This document shows, piece after piece, positions 42,042 to 54,700 of a DNA stretch of 64,000 nucleotides. Made by a program: the position numbers and the translations under genes. The DNA is taken from contig NW_026782525.1 in the NCBI RefSeq assembly GCF_031769215.1, positions 496,001-560,000 on the forward strand, read 5' to 3'. The notes beneath the pieces were generated by a model. That model saw only the letters and a program-made list of their open reading frames with translations. It had not been told where the DNA came from and ran no database searches. Positions within the stretch are counted from its first letter, which is position 1. Each line of letters begins with the position of its first letter. The stretch is from Ylistrum balloti (Eukaryota).

Positions 42042-42200
42042 AAACAGCAAGTATAGAGGACCAGATAACATCCGTGGGAAGAATTCAAACTGTTTAGTAG
42101 TTGATATGATTCCACATACTAGGTATGCCATCCACAGTCAACTATTAAACAGTTTTAATTCTTCCTGCGGATGTTGTCTGGTTCTCTATACTTGCTGTTT
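42042..42200. repeat. Long inverted repeat / hairpin (63-bp arms, 33-nt loop)
   Basis: Arms 42042-42104 and 42138-42200 pair at 57 of 63 positions by Watson-Crick. Confidence 0.9.
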
Positions 42201-43249
42201 ATACACATCTTTGAACCTGACTCTTGTATTCCACTAAGAATCCATCCAAGGACGACTGCCAAAATATCTGTATCTACCAAATGGGAAGTTTAATCTCCTT
42301 TTCTTTGTATTGAAATAATTAAAAAGTTCTCAGTGTAAATTGCAAGATATAAACATCCCTTCAACAGTTTTTGCTTATTCAGCATAATTCCAAATGAGAC
42401 ATCAACTTTTTCCACAACCTTGATATCAAACTGTTACACATCACTAAAACCTAATCTACTTATAATTTACAAATAATACAAAAATTCAGAACAACATCAA
42501 GAGAAATCCTGACTTTCATACATTTGATAAGTTCCTGGTACCACTACACATTTAACCTGGACTTGTGAGTAAAATTCAGCATACTGTTATTTCTAGTTCA
42601 TGATTTTTTTTTTTCATTTTTTACAATATTGTATACAAAATCTTCTTTTCAATTTGATTTAAATATTCAACCTTTCACTCAAAAAAACTTTCATTTGTTT
42701 TTAAAAATGAAATTCTGTATGTACAAATGTTTTCTAATACAAAAGTCTTTTGACCATGATATTTGATATCTCTATTTCAAAGTGTTTATGTTATAGTTCT
42801 TTACATTTTTAGTTTAATCCACAAGATATCAGTATAACATAGTACACCTACCCCAATTGCTGCAAACTTCAAATTTAGATTTTGTTTTCATCACATTTTC
42901 ATGTCTGAACACCTTTTTCTGTAGTTTTGTCAAGTACACTTTTTTCCGTTTTACTTGACATACTATTGAAAAAATTGTATTAATTTTGTTTTTTTTTTCA
43001 CCCTTTTTCAGTCAAAAGACATGTTAACTATGATATTTAATTTTACAACATTAATGGACCCTTGTATTTAGTGAAATGAATATGTTACGGTATGAATTAA
43101 GTACCTAAACACCAATTACTTGTAGATTAGGGTAAAAATGATACCTACTTTGTATCCATTATACATTAACTATATATAAGGTTAGAAGCTTTCGAACATC
43201 TCTGTGTCATGAAAAAAATTTCGTCCAAATCCTTCAAGAAAAACCTTAT

Positions 43250-43420
43250 TGGTCTGCTAACGTAATTGTAACGCACTCGCCTTTCACTTGTATGCGTTCG
43301 TGGTTCGATTCCCCGCGCGGATGTGAAAAGGTATGTGGTCATTTACCCATGTACTCCGGTTTCGTTCAATACTAAGACCCTATATTCGCTTCCGTCGTTG
43401 CCAACAAAAGTTATTAAAAT
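43250..43420 (+). mobile_element. Degenerate tRNA-derived SINE-like element
   Basis: B-box GGTTCGATTCC (43302-43312) preceded by a degenerate A-box and followed by GTACTCCGGTTTC, a motif typical of the central region of several tRNA SINE families. Confidence 0.5.
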
Positions 43421-43618
43421 CAACTTGAAATAGCCCATTTCGCAATTATAGTAAAATAAGTAAAATTCATTTATTATACCCCATCAATTAAATGGAAAAC
43501 TAACTACGTAATGAAAAAAAATCCCATTTACATCTAGAATAAGAATATTATATATAAACAAATAATTTCAGCGAAAATCAGGTATATCTGCTACCGAGTG
43601 CAATCAATCATTTCTTAC

Positions 43619-43715
43619 CTTGTCAAATTTTTTAGCAGTCAACAACGTCTTCCCCTCTCGATGTGTACAGCTACATTGTAGAGTGGCTAATTTTCACGTA
43701 AACACCGGTGCACTC
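43619..43715 (-). other. FASN: Probable non-coding first exon of FASN (5' boundary approximate)
   Basis: Donor AAG|GTAAGA at 43618, lying just downstream of a TATA-like/CCAAT promoter cluster on the minus strand. Confidence 0.5.
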
Positions 43716-43742
43716 GGCTGACGTTTCACACATGTCGCACGG

Positions 43743-43832
43743 CTCTTTAAATGAGTGTGGTGTTATCGGATTCGGCCAATCAGAAACCCCGATGGAACCA
43801 ACTCCAGGCAAAACGACATCAGCCGATTGATG
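43743..43832 (-). promoter_or_regulatory. Candidate FASN core promoter: TATA-like, SRE-like and NF-Y (CCAAT) sites
   Basis: Minus-strand ATTTAAAG at about 43745-43752; ATAACACCAC (43757-43766), one mismatch from ATCACNCCAC; GGCCAATCAG at 43774-43783; CCGATTGA at 43823-43830. Confidence 0.5.
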
Positions 43833-44304
43833 TGTAGAAAATATAGGAGTGACAGTATTTTAGTATTGGTAAATACATGTAGATCTATGATCTGAATCTA
43901 TAAATAATTCCGATTTTTTTTCTATGATAGACAAAGTGAAAACGTTACAATTCTGGTCTCAAGTTAAATATCTTATATCACCTTGCTTATCGTTTTTCAT
44001 TGCGTTTTTTTTCTTTTTTTTTTTATAATTTCGCAGCGAATTAAATACATAGCCCAGTGATAACCTCCGCTCTGTTGTCACTGGGCGAAATAACGATGTC
44101 TCATTTCGTGTGAACCAGGAACTTAAGCCCAGTTTGAACTTCACAATTATTATGATTTGTGATTACAGAGGGGTTAGGGGAAAAGGTTGACTCTGGACAA
44201 AGTGATGACGGATGTTTGTTTCCATGTTATCGTCCAGTAAGGCTAATATATCGACCGGAGGAATATGATCAGTTTCTTTTCTCAAGATAACAGGTATATT
44301 TCAC

Positions 44305-44494
44305 GAGTGTCGGCTGGCGCAGTGGTAACGCACCCGCCATGACATCAGGCGCGGTGTTCGATTCCCGTCTGAACCAAACAAGCGTGATTAGTATTATAAG
44401 CCGGGACGTATAATACATCTAAATGTAAGATAACTTGTTCCTTGTTTCCTGGGGCAACGTCGGTGTGGAAGTAAGCCCGACATAAAAAAAAATC
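44305..44494 (+). mobile_element. tRNA-derived SINE-like element
   Basis: A-box TGGCGCAGTGG (44315), B-box GTTCGATTCCC (44356), no intact cloverleaf, unrelated body, A-rich tail at about 44484-44492. Confidence 0.6.
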
Positions 44495-45611
44495 AGAAAC
44501 TGACAATGTTTTATGATGGAAGAACACGATAACCGTGTTTGATTTATTTTGCTTTCAAAATTTAACTTAATGGAGCAGTTTCCTCTGCAAACACCGCTAC
44601 TGATCGCGGATGTTTCTTACACGTAAAAATTTCGAAATTCCCCCGAGGAAATTTAATTTTTCTCGTATACTACGTGTCTTGTAACAAGCTCCGCCTATCT
44701 CATATATCTCTGTGTGTTCAATATCAATTGAGCTCCGCTCATCTCTCACCTAATACATCAGTTGGTTTCAGATTAATGTATTTCACTCAGTCACGCGTAT
44801 AGCGTGAAACAAGAGGTCATTTTACAAAGTAACAATTGAAACGTGGCTGGCGAATTAAATTTGGCTAATTACATAGTAATTCATGTATGCTTACAAAAAT
44901 GACTTCTCTCTAAAATCTAATACGTGTAAGTTATACAGTCAAACGGCGGAAAAAATGCATGAAGAAAATAAAGTTGTAATATAGAGGTAAACAATATTGA
45001 TAGATATCTTAATAGTATGCTTAACTTTCTAAAAATCTATAAACGTTTGAAATTAAAACGCTTATTGAAAATGGAAAAGTCATTTCATTTTAATGAAACC
45101 AGAGACATATATAACACCAGAGACATATATATACGTCTCTGATAACACATGTATATACGTCTCTGATGAAGCTTAATTATTTGTAAAGATAAGGTGGAAT
45201 GTACATGTATTTAAGTTGTGGTATTTGTACATCCGAGTAGTAGTGATGTTGATGTGTCTCAGTAAAAATAAACTACAAAACACAGGACTAAAACTCAAGC
45301 TACGGGAAACTTGGGAATATGGTTGTTTTACCCATTTACTTGTGCAATTATATAATATCACGGACTTGTATATTTAAGTCCGTGATAATATGTAGAAAGA
45401 AATCTATTATAACATTACGGTATTATTCTCCAAATTTTCTGGGAAATGATTATATATATATATATATAAATAAATAATAAAAGTTGACGTTAAGCTTTTT
45501 AGCGACAGAGTGACATGTCCATTGGTTTGCATAACGGTTAAGGCATATTGGTCTTTCTACTGCACTTTGACTTACAAATAACCCTTTAGGTACCTCAGAG
45601 GAAAAATATAT

Positions 45612-45670
45612 AGATGGCGCTCTAAAACTGCCTCATTTTACATCCGGGGTTTGGCTACGACGCCATTTTG
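45612..45670 (+). promoter_or_regulatory. YY1-type motifs at the LUC7L start region
   Basis: AGATGGCG at 45612-45619 and CGCCATTTTG (reverse complement of CAAAATGGCG) at 45661-45670, in a CpG-richer patch upstream of the ATG. Confidence 0.45.
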
Positions 45671-45726
45671 AGCTTTGTGGTGAACTTACGACGACCACAT
45701 TTTTAAGTATTATCAAGCAATACAAA

Positions 45727-45787
45727 ATGTCGGCCCAGGATCAAATGCGGGCAATGCTAGACGAGCTTATGGGCACGTCAAGGAATG
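45727..45787 (+). CDS. LUC7L: LUC7L exon 1
   Basis: ATG at 45727; donor G|GTGAGT. Confidence 0.93.
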
Positions 45788-48700
45788 GTGAGTTTGGACT
45801 GATGCTGGGGAGGGCAAGTGAAATGAGGACTTTTTTTTAGCCACTTCGTCCCAATGACGATTTCGGAATATTGTCTCTAGTAGAACGTAATAAAGTGTTA
45901 TTAAGGACATCCCATTGTTACGGTAGGCCTAATGCAAAAAATACTAATGTGATTGTCCGAATTTCTCGTTCTCCTGTAGTGAATACATATTCAACGTTAT
46001 GAAGGACTATTTCATGTGTCTTCCCATTAACGCTCGAGACGCTTTATTGATCGATTTTGTTGACGAAATGGGATAGATTTATATCCGTTTTCTTTGGAAC
46101 AAGAACTCTGGGCGCGTATTGATTTGTTTCTTTTTTGATGATCTGGAATGTAGTGTTTAATCTGTTATTTATTTTCCTTTCTAATATTTACCAATTCTCT
46201 ATTCATTACCCATGAAATAATTTAAAGCAAATATACATCAAATCATAAGGCGTATTATTAAGAGTCATCACGTGTAGAGTCCTCTGTTTACTCTCTCTTA
46301 AGAATATAGGTACGTGTGCCGTAAATCTATATTCTTACCAGTATATCTAAACATGTCTTTTTGCAACAATATATATCGGGGGGAAAAGATGCCTTTCCTC
46401 TCTTCAATCTTTAAGCTCAATGTATGTTACACTCGAATGTGCTCCGAATGTTATATATTTTTAAAATTTGATTATCTTCATTTTCTCACATTTGGAAGGG
46501 TTTTTTTTTCAAAATTAGAATATTTCCTCTGAGATATTTTGTAACCAAACCATCTCTTTGCATAATCCATGTCAGTTTTTCTGAATGTTGCCTTTACATT
46601 TAGGTTCAAAGAAGAGAAGGTGGTATTGCCTTGTATTTGTCACAAAAAGTTCTTTTCAAGAGAGTATTAAACATTTAACAATTTTGTTGAAATGCTGATA
46701 GCAAACTAAAGGTTTATCATATATCCATACATCTAATTACAACAAACACTAAATTTACAATACCGTGTATGTAAAAGAAATAAACAGACTACCAGATGTG
46801 TTTCTGAAAATTGAAGTCTTTGAAATTTGGTGTATAATCATTGACAGACTTCACTGATATTTCCATTTAGGTGTGATTATGCATTGGTTATATTAAGATT
46901 CCCTTGTGATGTGAAAACCATGAAAAAGTGTATTTATTATCTCCTTCCCTGTTTTTGAAGGGAGCTATTTCATGAGCTGTTTCCCAGTCAAAAATGAAAG
47001 GGTGATGAAAGGCCAAGCCGTGAGTTGACAAATCTTAGATCTCTTGCAGATATTGATTTTGTTTTCTTGTTGTTTAAGAAATTTAGTTCTCTTTATAGTT
47101 AATAATATGATAATAATGAAACATTCTCAGTGTCTTCAAGAAGGTTTGAAAATTCAGATAAAAGGATGCATGCAGAAATTGTAATTAATGATTCCTGCTG
47201 TTGAAGTACATGTAAGTGTCTTTATAGATGTAACAAGAGGAACAGTAAGTTAACATTGGATATAAATCATATCAAGCTTTTTAATTACAATTTGCTTTGA
47301 CGTAATTTCAAGATAAAAGGTAAATAATTTTGAACTGTTTGTGGGAAAGCGATTTGGTGGATATTTATTTTCAGATGCAGAAGTGAAGGTTCTACTTTCA
47401 AGTAGGGAAGGCATGAATTGCTTGAAATAACCGGCCAATAGTATGTCATGTCAAGGACCTCCCTCATTCGCAGTGTGTATGTTATGAGTTAATATAAGGA
47501 ACTTAAAGGAATAGATATTTGATTTAGCACAGCTTGGACTTAAAGATGATAAGATATTGGTCCCATCTTATCAATCATGCCAACAGATACACATGACTTG
47601 TGAGTAGTAAAGTGTACTGTTGGTACATACATTCAATTGAAATTCGGATAAAAATGGCAATTGATACAAGTCCAAACCATTTTGTCAGCATAAATACATA
47701 AGTCATCCTTATGAATTCAATACACTAGCAGTTGAAATTGCAACACATGCCAAGAATAAAGATGAGGGGGAAAGAGAATAAAACCTTCCAACTTTTGTGC
47801 CATTTTCTTTCATCTTGATGTCCTAACTATGATATTGTTGTATATGATGGCAACATATACCTGTTTGCTCCTATAACTTGTGATTTAAAAAAAAATTATT
47901 CACTAAAAATGCTGTTATCAAATGACATTGCATTTGTTGTGCTAATATAAAGCATAAGTTGATTGGCTGGACAGATGGAAGGGCAGATGTAAAGTCAGTA
48001 AATCACCTCTGTGGAATTTTAAATGAAAATGATGAAATGAAGTTAGGAGCAACCAGCATTTGTTGTATGAAGAAAGAAGCTTTCATATTGTGATAATAAA
48101 AAGTGTTGAATGGAATTTAGCTCTATACATATATAATAAAACATAATCGAAGTTCTGGATTAAATAACTTTATGATGCAGTTATGATTATAAAAAAAAGT
48201 TGTGAATTTTATGCCAGCTTCTTTCTTACACTATAAGATCAACTGCCTCTGTGGGAATGGCAAGCAGTGGTGAAGGAGGAATCATACTATTGTCTATGTC
48301 CTAAGCTAACCAATTTATGAATGATAAATTTTTAGGGGACACAGCAAAGTACAAAGTGAAGTTTGATGATCCTCGGGTATGTAAGAGTTTCCTGCTAGCC
48401 TGCTGTCCTCATGATATTCTCTCCAGCACGGTAAGTTGCTCTCTTGTTACCTTTATCCCACTCAGTTCATTGCCATTTGGTACGTATGATAAACCGGTTA
48501 ATTTTCAACCGATTTTGGGGAAATGTTAACTTTTAATTTGATTTGGTAGAAAATGCATATGATAAGAGTAAAACACATAAAAAATACTTAACTTCCTTTT
48601 GTGTAAATCTTATGAAATTTATTTTGAAATGTATTAAATATTTTTATTCAACACAATTTTGATTAAACTCATAACTTGAAGTTCTTGTTAGCCTCTTCTC

Positions 48701-51700
48701 TGGATCTTCAGACATTGTTTTATGGGTTTTGTCATTCAACTCCACTCCTATGAAGTGGGTATTTTTCAGTACAAAAAAGTCTGAAAATAATAATGATTGA
48801 AAGATCCCCTGCCCATCTGTCATTGACTTGTTCTTGTCTCCTTTGTCAGATCAAATGTGATAGTTACGATACCGATGTATCTTACTTTGTTGATCTTATA
48901 GTGCATTGAACATTGATAATGTAAGTGATGATCTTCTTATCTGATTTTACAGAGGATGGATCTTGGAGAGTGTCCAAAGATTCATGACCTGGCACTGAGA
49001 GCAGACTATGAATGGGCCACCAAAAAGAAGGACTACTACTATGACATTGATGTAAGAGGTCAAGTGGGGGGTGCAGTTAATAAGCTGAAAACAGGTTTAT
49101 ATCTTAATGTTAAGTAGAAAATGGAAAGGGTCTTGATATAATCAGTAACAAAAAGTTATGTACAGATGTTTACCTGCAGTGAACTGAAGAAAACATTGTC
49201 ATCTTAGATGTAACTTTTACCACTATGGAGTTCAAAGACAAGGTAGAGCTGAAGTCAGGGAAAAAAATATTAAGAAATGAAAGACTTTCATTTGGTGGTC
49301 ACATTAACAATTGAATATAATTGTTGGGATAACATTGTCAAATTACTAGCTGGGTCTAATTACTAGCTGGGTCTAAAATTGTACTTTCAATTTTTATTGT
49401 TGGTCTCTGATTTTATGACCCAAAATTATACAAAATCATTTTAAATTGAAATACTCTTACATATGGAATGGATCTAGTTATGGAATAGCTAGAGCAATGA
49501 TTTCCCTATCTAGAACAATAGTTACACAATCATATGAAATGGGAGGTTAGAAGATAATGAATAAAGATTATTTTTGGAGGTCACTGAAAATGACATGGAT
49601 CAGCAGGTTGTTTGTTGCAAGCTTTATGGTGCAATATACTGCTGATATTCAAATGATGGGACTAATGTACTTTGGGTGAAGATACCTTTAAATGATACAG
49701 TAATTTTTAGTGAACTTTCATAGTATTTCATTTGTTGGCAATGATATATTCTCTGAAAGAAATGGGCTTAACATTGAATTTACAATTTTCAGGTTAAATC
49801 CACTTCCAATTAATGCTGAAAAAGTAGTTTTTAATTTGGCGTCTGATCACTATTGCATGTACAGCCCAATGAGTGGAAGTATCTTTTTTTCTGAAAAAAA
49901 AATGGTTATTTTTGAAGGCCATGGAACATCTCCAGAGTTTCATCGCAGACTGTGACAGGAAAACAGAGATGGCCAAGCGGCGACTAAAGGAGACACAAGA
50001 AGAGCTCAGCGAGGAGGCAAACCAGAAGGTAAATTTATTAAACCACTTCTGTTTCACAGACAGTACAGCTGAACTCAAATGACTGGAAGTCAAAAGGACA
50101 GACTGAATTATTAGTTTACCTGTTGGTTTGTATTAAGTGATACAGTGTAAAACAACAACAGTTTTTGGTTGTAGCTAGTTGCAGATACTAATTACACATA
50201 AACATGTATTTGAAAAAAATATGAATTTTAAATTAAACATAAGCTTAAGAAACCATAATGATCTAGATATTAATCATTTGAAACCTTCCTTACTGAAAGT
50301 GTTTGCTGGGGATTGCTTTACAGTTTTGAAGGTTAAAAGTCAAGGTCACTGTTACTATAAATAGAAAAATCAGTTAACCTGCAATAACTAGTTTCAGTGG
50401 TATAACTTGGGTTCCCTTGGGTCAATCAAACTCAAACTTTATACAATGCTGTCTTACTGGACATGCTAGCTAGACCCAGAAGTCAAAGGTTCAGGTTATT
50501 GTTGCTATGATGGAAAATCTATTTTGTTGAATAACTTGATTTTGCTGAAGCCAATCTAATTCAAACTTGATGCAATGCTTCTTAACCAGTGTGCTTGTTT
50601 GTGATAGATTGCCATTCAGGGTCAAATGTCTTTGTAACTATAAATCAAAATCACTGAGGAGAGTCATAATTTAGTTAACCGCAATTTTTCATTGAAGCAA
50701 GTTCAACAAAAAGGGAGTTATGATTTGCTTTATACCTCCAACAAAGAACTTGTTGTTTTGTATATAACTTTTCAGTTTATCTTTGAAAATATCTTATAAT
50801 AGTAATTTATAATCAGATATTATCAGTATAATTAAAATCTGATGTGCTCTCCTATTATCACTTTGTTTTGGCTGTCCTAACAAAATGACAGTAGGTTGGT
50901 TTTCAATATTAGATTCAAATTAGTCTACTTATTCACTTACACCTTGAACCCTAGCCTGTAATTTATATCAAAAGTGTGTGGAGTGTTTGTTTTTGGAAAC
51001 AGCTTGTTCATTCTGGTGCCTTATCAGAATCACAAAACAACCACATATTTATATGTGAGCATCTTGGGGGTCACAAAACCCCAGTCTATATAGCATCAGA
51101 CTATTCAACCTAGGGTAAAGATGGATGTGTGTAGGTTTGATCCCTATTTAGGATCATTTGTTTATATCAGGAAATTCAGACTATGATCCTTTTGTGATGT
51201 CAATGTTTTGTCCTTACTTAAACAAGATTCTTTACCACACTTGTTCTTGATGGCATGTGATGGACCTGACAAGTGACTTACTTCAAAGAGTGTTGTAATA
51301 ATGTTGGTCAAGTGGAGAGATTTAGGTAGTCATGAAGGCATTAAATTGGAAAGAAATCAATAAAGAATACCTTGCAAATAATGCATCATAAAAAGTCGGA
51401 AGTGATAGTAATTTATAGTAGATTATCTTCTGTTTTAATGACATCAGGGGCATAAACTGCAGATAACGTCAATTATGTTAAAGTTATGTTGTATTTAAGT
51501 TTTGAATGATTAATGATTGGTACTGTACATCTGCTTACTAAACCGTATTGTTCAAGTTTTTCATTAAAAAATATATATATAAATTCACCTCCTGTTAAGT
51601 ATTGCTTTGGAATGAATAAAAAAACATTAAGCAAGCCCATCCCAAGGCTGGTAGGGTCACTTCAGCTGTACTTACTCAATGTTATATCAACTGCTGAAAA

Positions 51701-54700
51701 AATTGAACCCTGCTGTACTTCAAAATCTCTACCAAATGATAAACAAGGAGTCAATACAAAATATGGAAAAAAGTCATTGTTTAAAACTTCTTTATTCAGG
51801 CAGAGAAGATCCATCAACTCGGGGAACAGCTTGGGGAAAACATGGCAAAGGCAGAGACCATGGGTGCAGAAGGAGAGGTGGAGGAATCCCTTAAACTCAT
51901 GGAAGAAGTAGAGGAACTTAAAAAAAACAAAAGTCTTGCTGAGGTTTGTATTAACGATAACCTAATATAAAGTAGCAGTTTGAGCTGATGTCATGTAGTT
52001 TCAGCTTCCCATTTTTGGCAAAGTCTTTTATCAGTGGGTATGATCTTTCATGTTTACATTCAAAGTTTTTTCCATTTTGCATGTAAAATCAATAATGGCA
52101 AGTATGATTAATTAAATGGCAATTATGCTGCTTTCACATACACTGATATCTGCTTACAATTAAATTGTTTGGGTGTTATGAAAATGGTTTTATATGAAGA
52201 TTTTGAATTTTATTAAGTCGTATTATGTGTTATTCACAGCAAGACTACAGAAATTCAATGCCAGCTTCAAGTTACCAGCAACAAAAGTTACGTGTGTGTG
52301 AAGTCTGTTCAGCTTACCTTGGTATCCATGACAACGACAGGCGTCTAGCTGACCATTTTGGTGGGAAACTTCATTTGGGCTTCATTACAATCAGAGAAAA
52401 ATTAGAAGAGTTGAAGGTATGAACAATTTTGTGCATCTTGCACTATTTCAATTGTTTTATGAAGAAATTTATAAAACGAAAACAATTTGTCATAACAACC
52501 CATGACTATGAACTTAATAAATTTCAGGTACTGTTGTATCATCAGGCTGCTTAAAGAATTGGATACTATCAACATGCTTTCTGGATTATTTTTGGTTTTT
52601 GTCTTTCTCAGATTTTTTATAATGGTTTTTTTAGTTTTGTGCTGCATCAATAGGTATGCACCATTTCAGCCTCAGGCAACAGTTCGATCCTCTTGTTCAA
52701 CATAACACATGTTGACCAAAAATCTAGTCTACAAATGTTTTGTTATACCATTTACCTTAGATATCTAAGAAAATGAATCATTATAGATGAATATAAATAA
52801 GACAACATCAATTCAACAATTTTAATTCTTAAATACATTTTCAACAACACTAACAGGGATTTGTGTAAGTGTGTATTGTCAGTTATATTCATTGGTGAAA
52901 ATTGTTGAATAACAACCAGGTGGTAACAAACAGTAATGAACTGTGATGTAAGCAGTCAACTTTGAGATGTTGATTGGTAACCGTTGTTCTGGGGCAAACA
53001 TCTGAAATTTCAGACTTAATTCACTATAGAAAAGTATAAATAGTAAAGACATAACAAAAGTTTTTGTGGACATGAATAACCATCGGTTTGACCACCTCTT
53101 TGACATGATCACACTATTCTAATTTTTGATTGTGCAATATTTGATGTGCGATCAAAATTTGAAGTAGATAATAAATGGAACAGATTTGAAATGCCTGTTG
53201 GTGTATTATTGTATGTCAGGATGTCAGATCATGTATTTAACATCTGTAAAATTTGTATAACAAGATCATAAAGCAGTGTAGGAATCTATCAGAGATGTAA
53301 TTGATTCTTTCTAGGAAAATATTTGATAAAAGTAAAATTTGTATAAACAATTTGAAACAAAGGAACTTCAGCAAATAATCATGATGGTGTATTAACATTA
53401 TTTATGTACGATACCTATGCTGGCAGTGTTACCAGTGTGCATGGATATAAATTAGTGAATTACAGACAAGTAACTTTATGGTTTTCAGACACGTGTGGCT
53501 GAGAGGAGGAATTTAAGAGAAAAGGAAAGAGAGGAACAGAAGGTCAAGAGAGAAAAAGAAGATGAACCTAGGAAAAGTAAAAGTGCCAGTCCTGTGAGAA
53601 GGCGTAGTCGCAGCACCAGCAAGCGCAGCCGAAGCAGGAGTAGAAGTCGAAGAAAGAGTCGGTCCCGTAGCCAGAGTCGTGACAGGAACAGAAAACGCCG
53701 GTCACACAGTAGTTCTCGCAACAGAAGGAGGTCAGTATTGCATTCTTTTCACTTGTTAGCTTTTGACTTTCCTTTTTATGGACGGATGATTTTGGTAGGT
53801 TCTCGGGTCTAAGTGTGGAAGTATATAGAAATAAATATCAATTATTAGGAAATTGAAAATGTCAGAAATCTAAAAATAATTGTTCAATGGTTATCATTAC
53901 AGATCAAAGTTAATCATAAATCAATTTTTAAGATGAAGTTTAATTATTTAGTTGTCATCTTTTCAGGTCAAGGTCAGGTGATCGTAGATCACACAAGAGG
54001 TCAAGACGTTCAAGATCGAGGTCCAGATGTAGGCGTTCACGATCACGACATTCCAGATCAAGGCGATCAAGATCACGTCGTTCAAGGTCACGTCGGTCAA
54101 GATCACGTTCCAGGTCAAGGTCACGGAGGCATAGAAGGTGACATAGATGGGCTTTATAAGATCTAACATATTAATTCTTTTTATTATGATCAAAATTTTG
54201 AGAAGTATAACAACTGTATCTATAGTAAATGGATGCAGATTAGTTGTCAATTCCAATGAAATCAAACGTTGCTAACTAACACTAATGTACGACAAAAATG
54301 CAGAGGATACCACAGTTCTCATTACTCTTTTACACTATAATTTGAAGGCAAAAACAAACATTATTAAGTTTCAAGTATTGATAGTGAATATATTGCCTAG
54401 TCCCATGCTCTTGTCTTCAAAGGATTCAAAACATATATTTATCCTTGTAAAATCAGCTTGATTTCACAGAAAGTGTGAGAGACATCATTTTTGGTTCTGA
54501 AAATTTGAAGTGGGAAAGTTGACTATTACTCTACATATGTAATAAAATGGTTAAACAATAGATCAGGATGTGGGTTGCCATGCATGTCTTAAATAGGTTG
54601 TCAAAAGAGCCTGTTTCTTTGCGTACCTGAAAATGATTTCATTCTTCAGAACTCGAAGCCAGATTCTTTGTGGGTTTACAGACAGAAAAGAAAAAAACAA

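Noticed and set aside
44305-44380. Possible tRNA gene
   Set aside because: A and B boxes are present, but I could not form acceptor and anticodon stems, and it continues into a SINE-like body and A tail.
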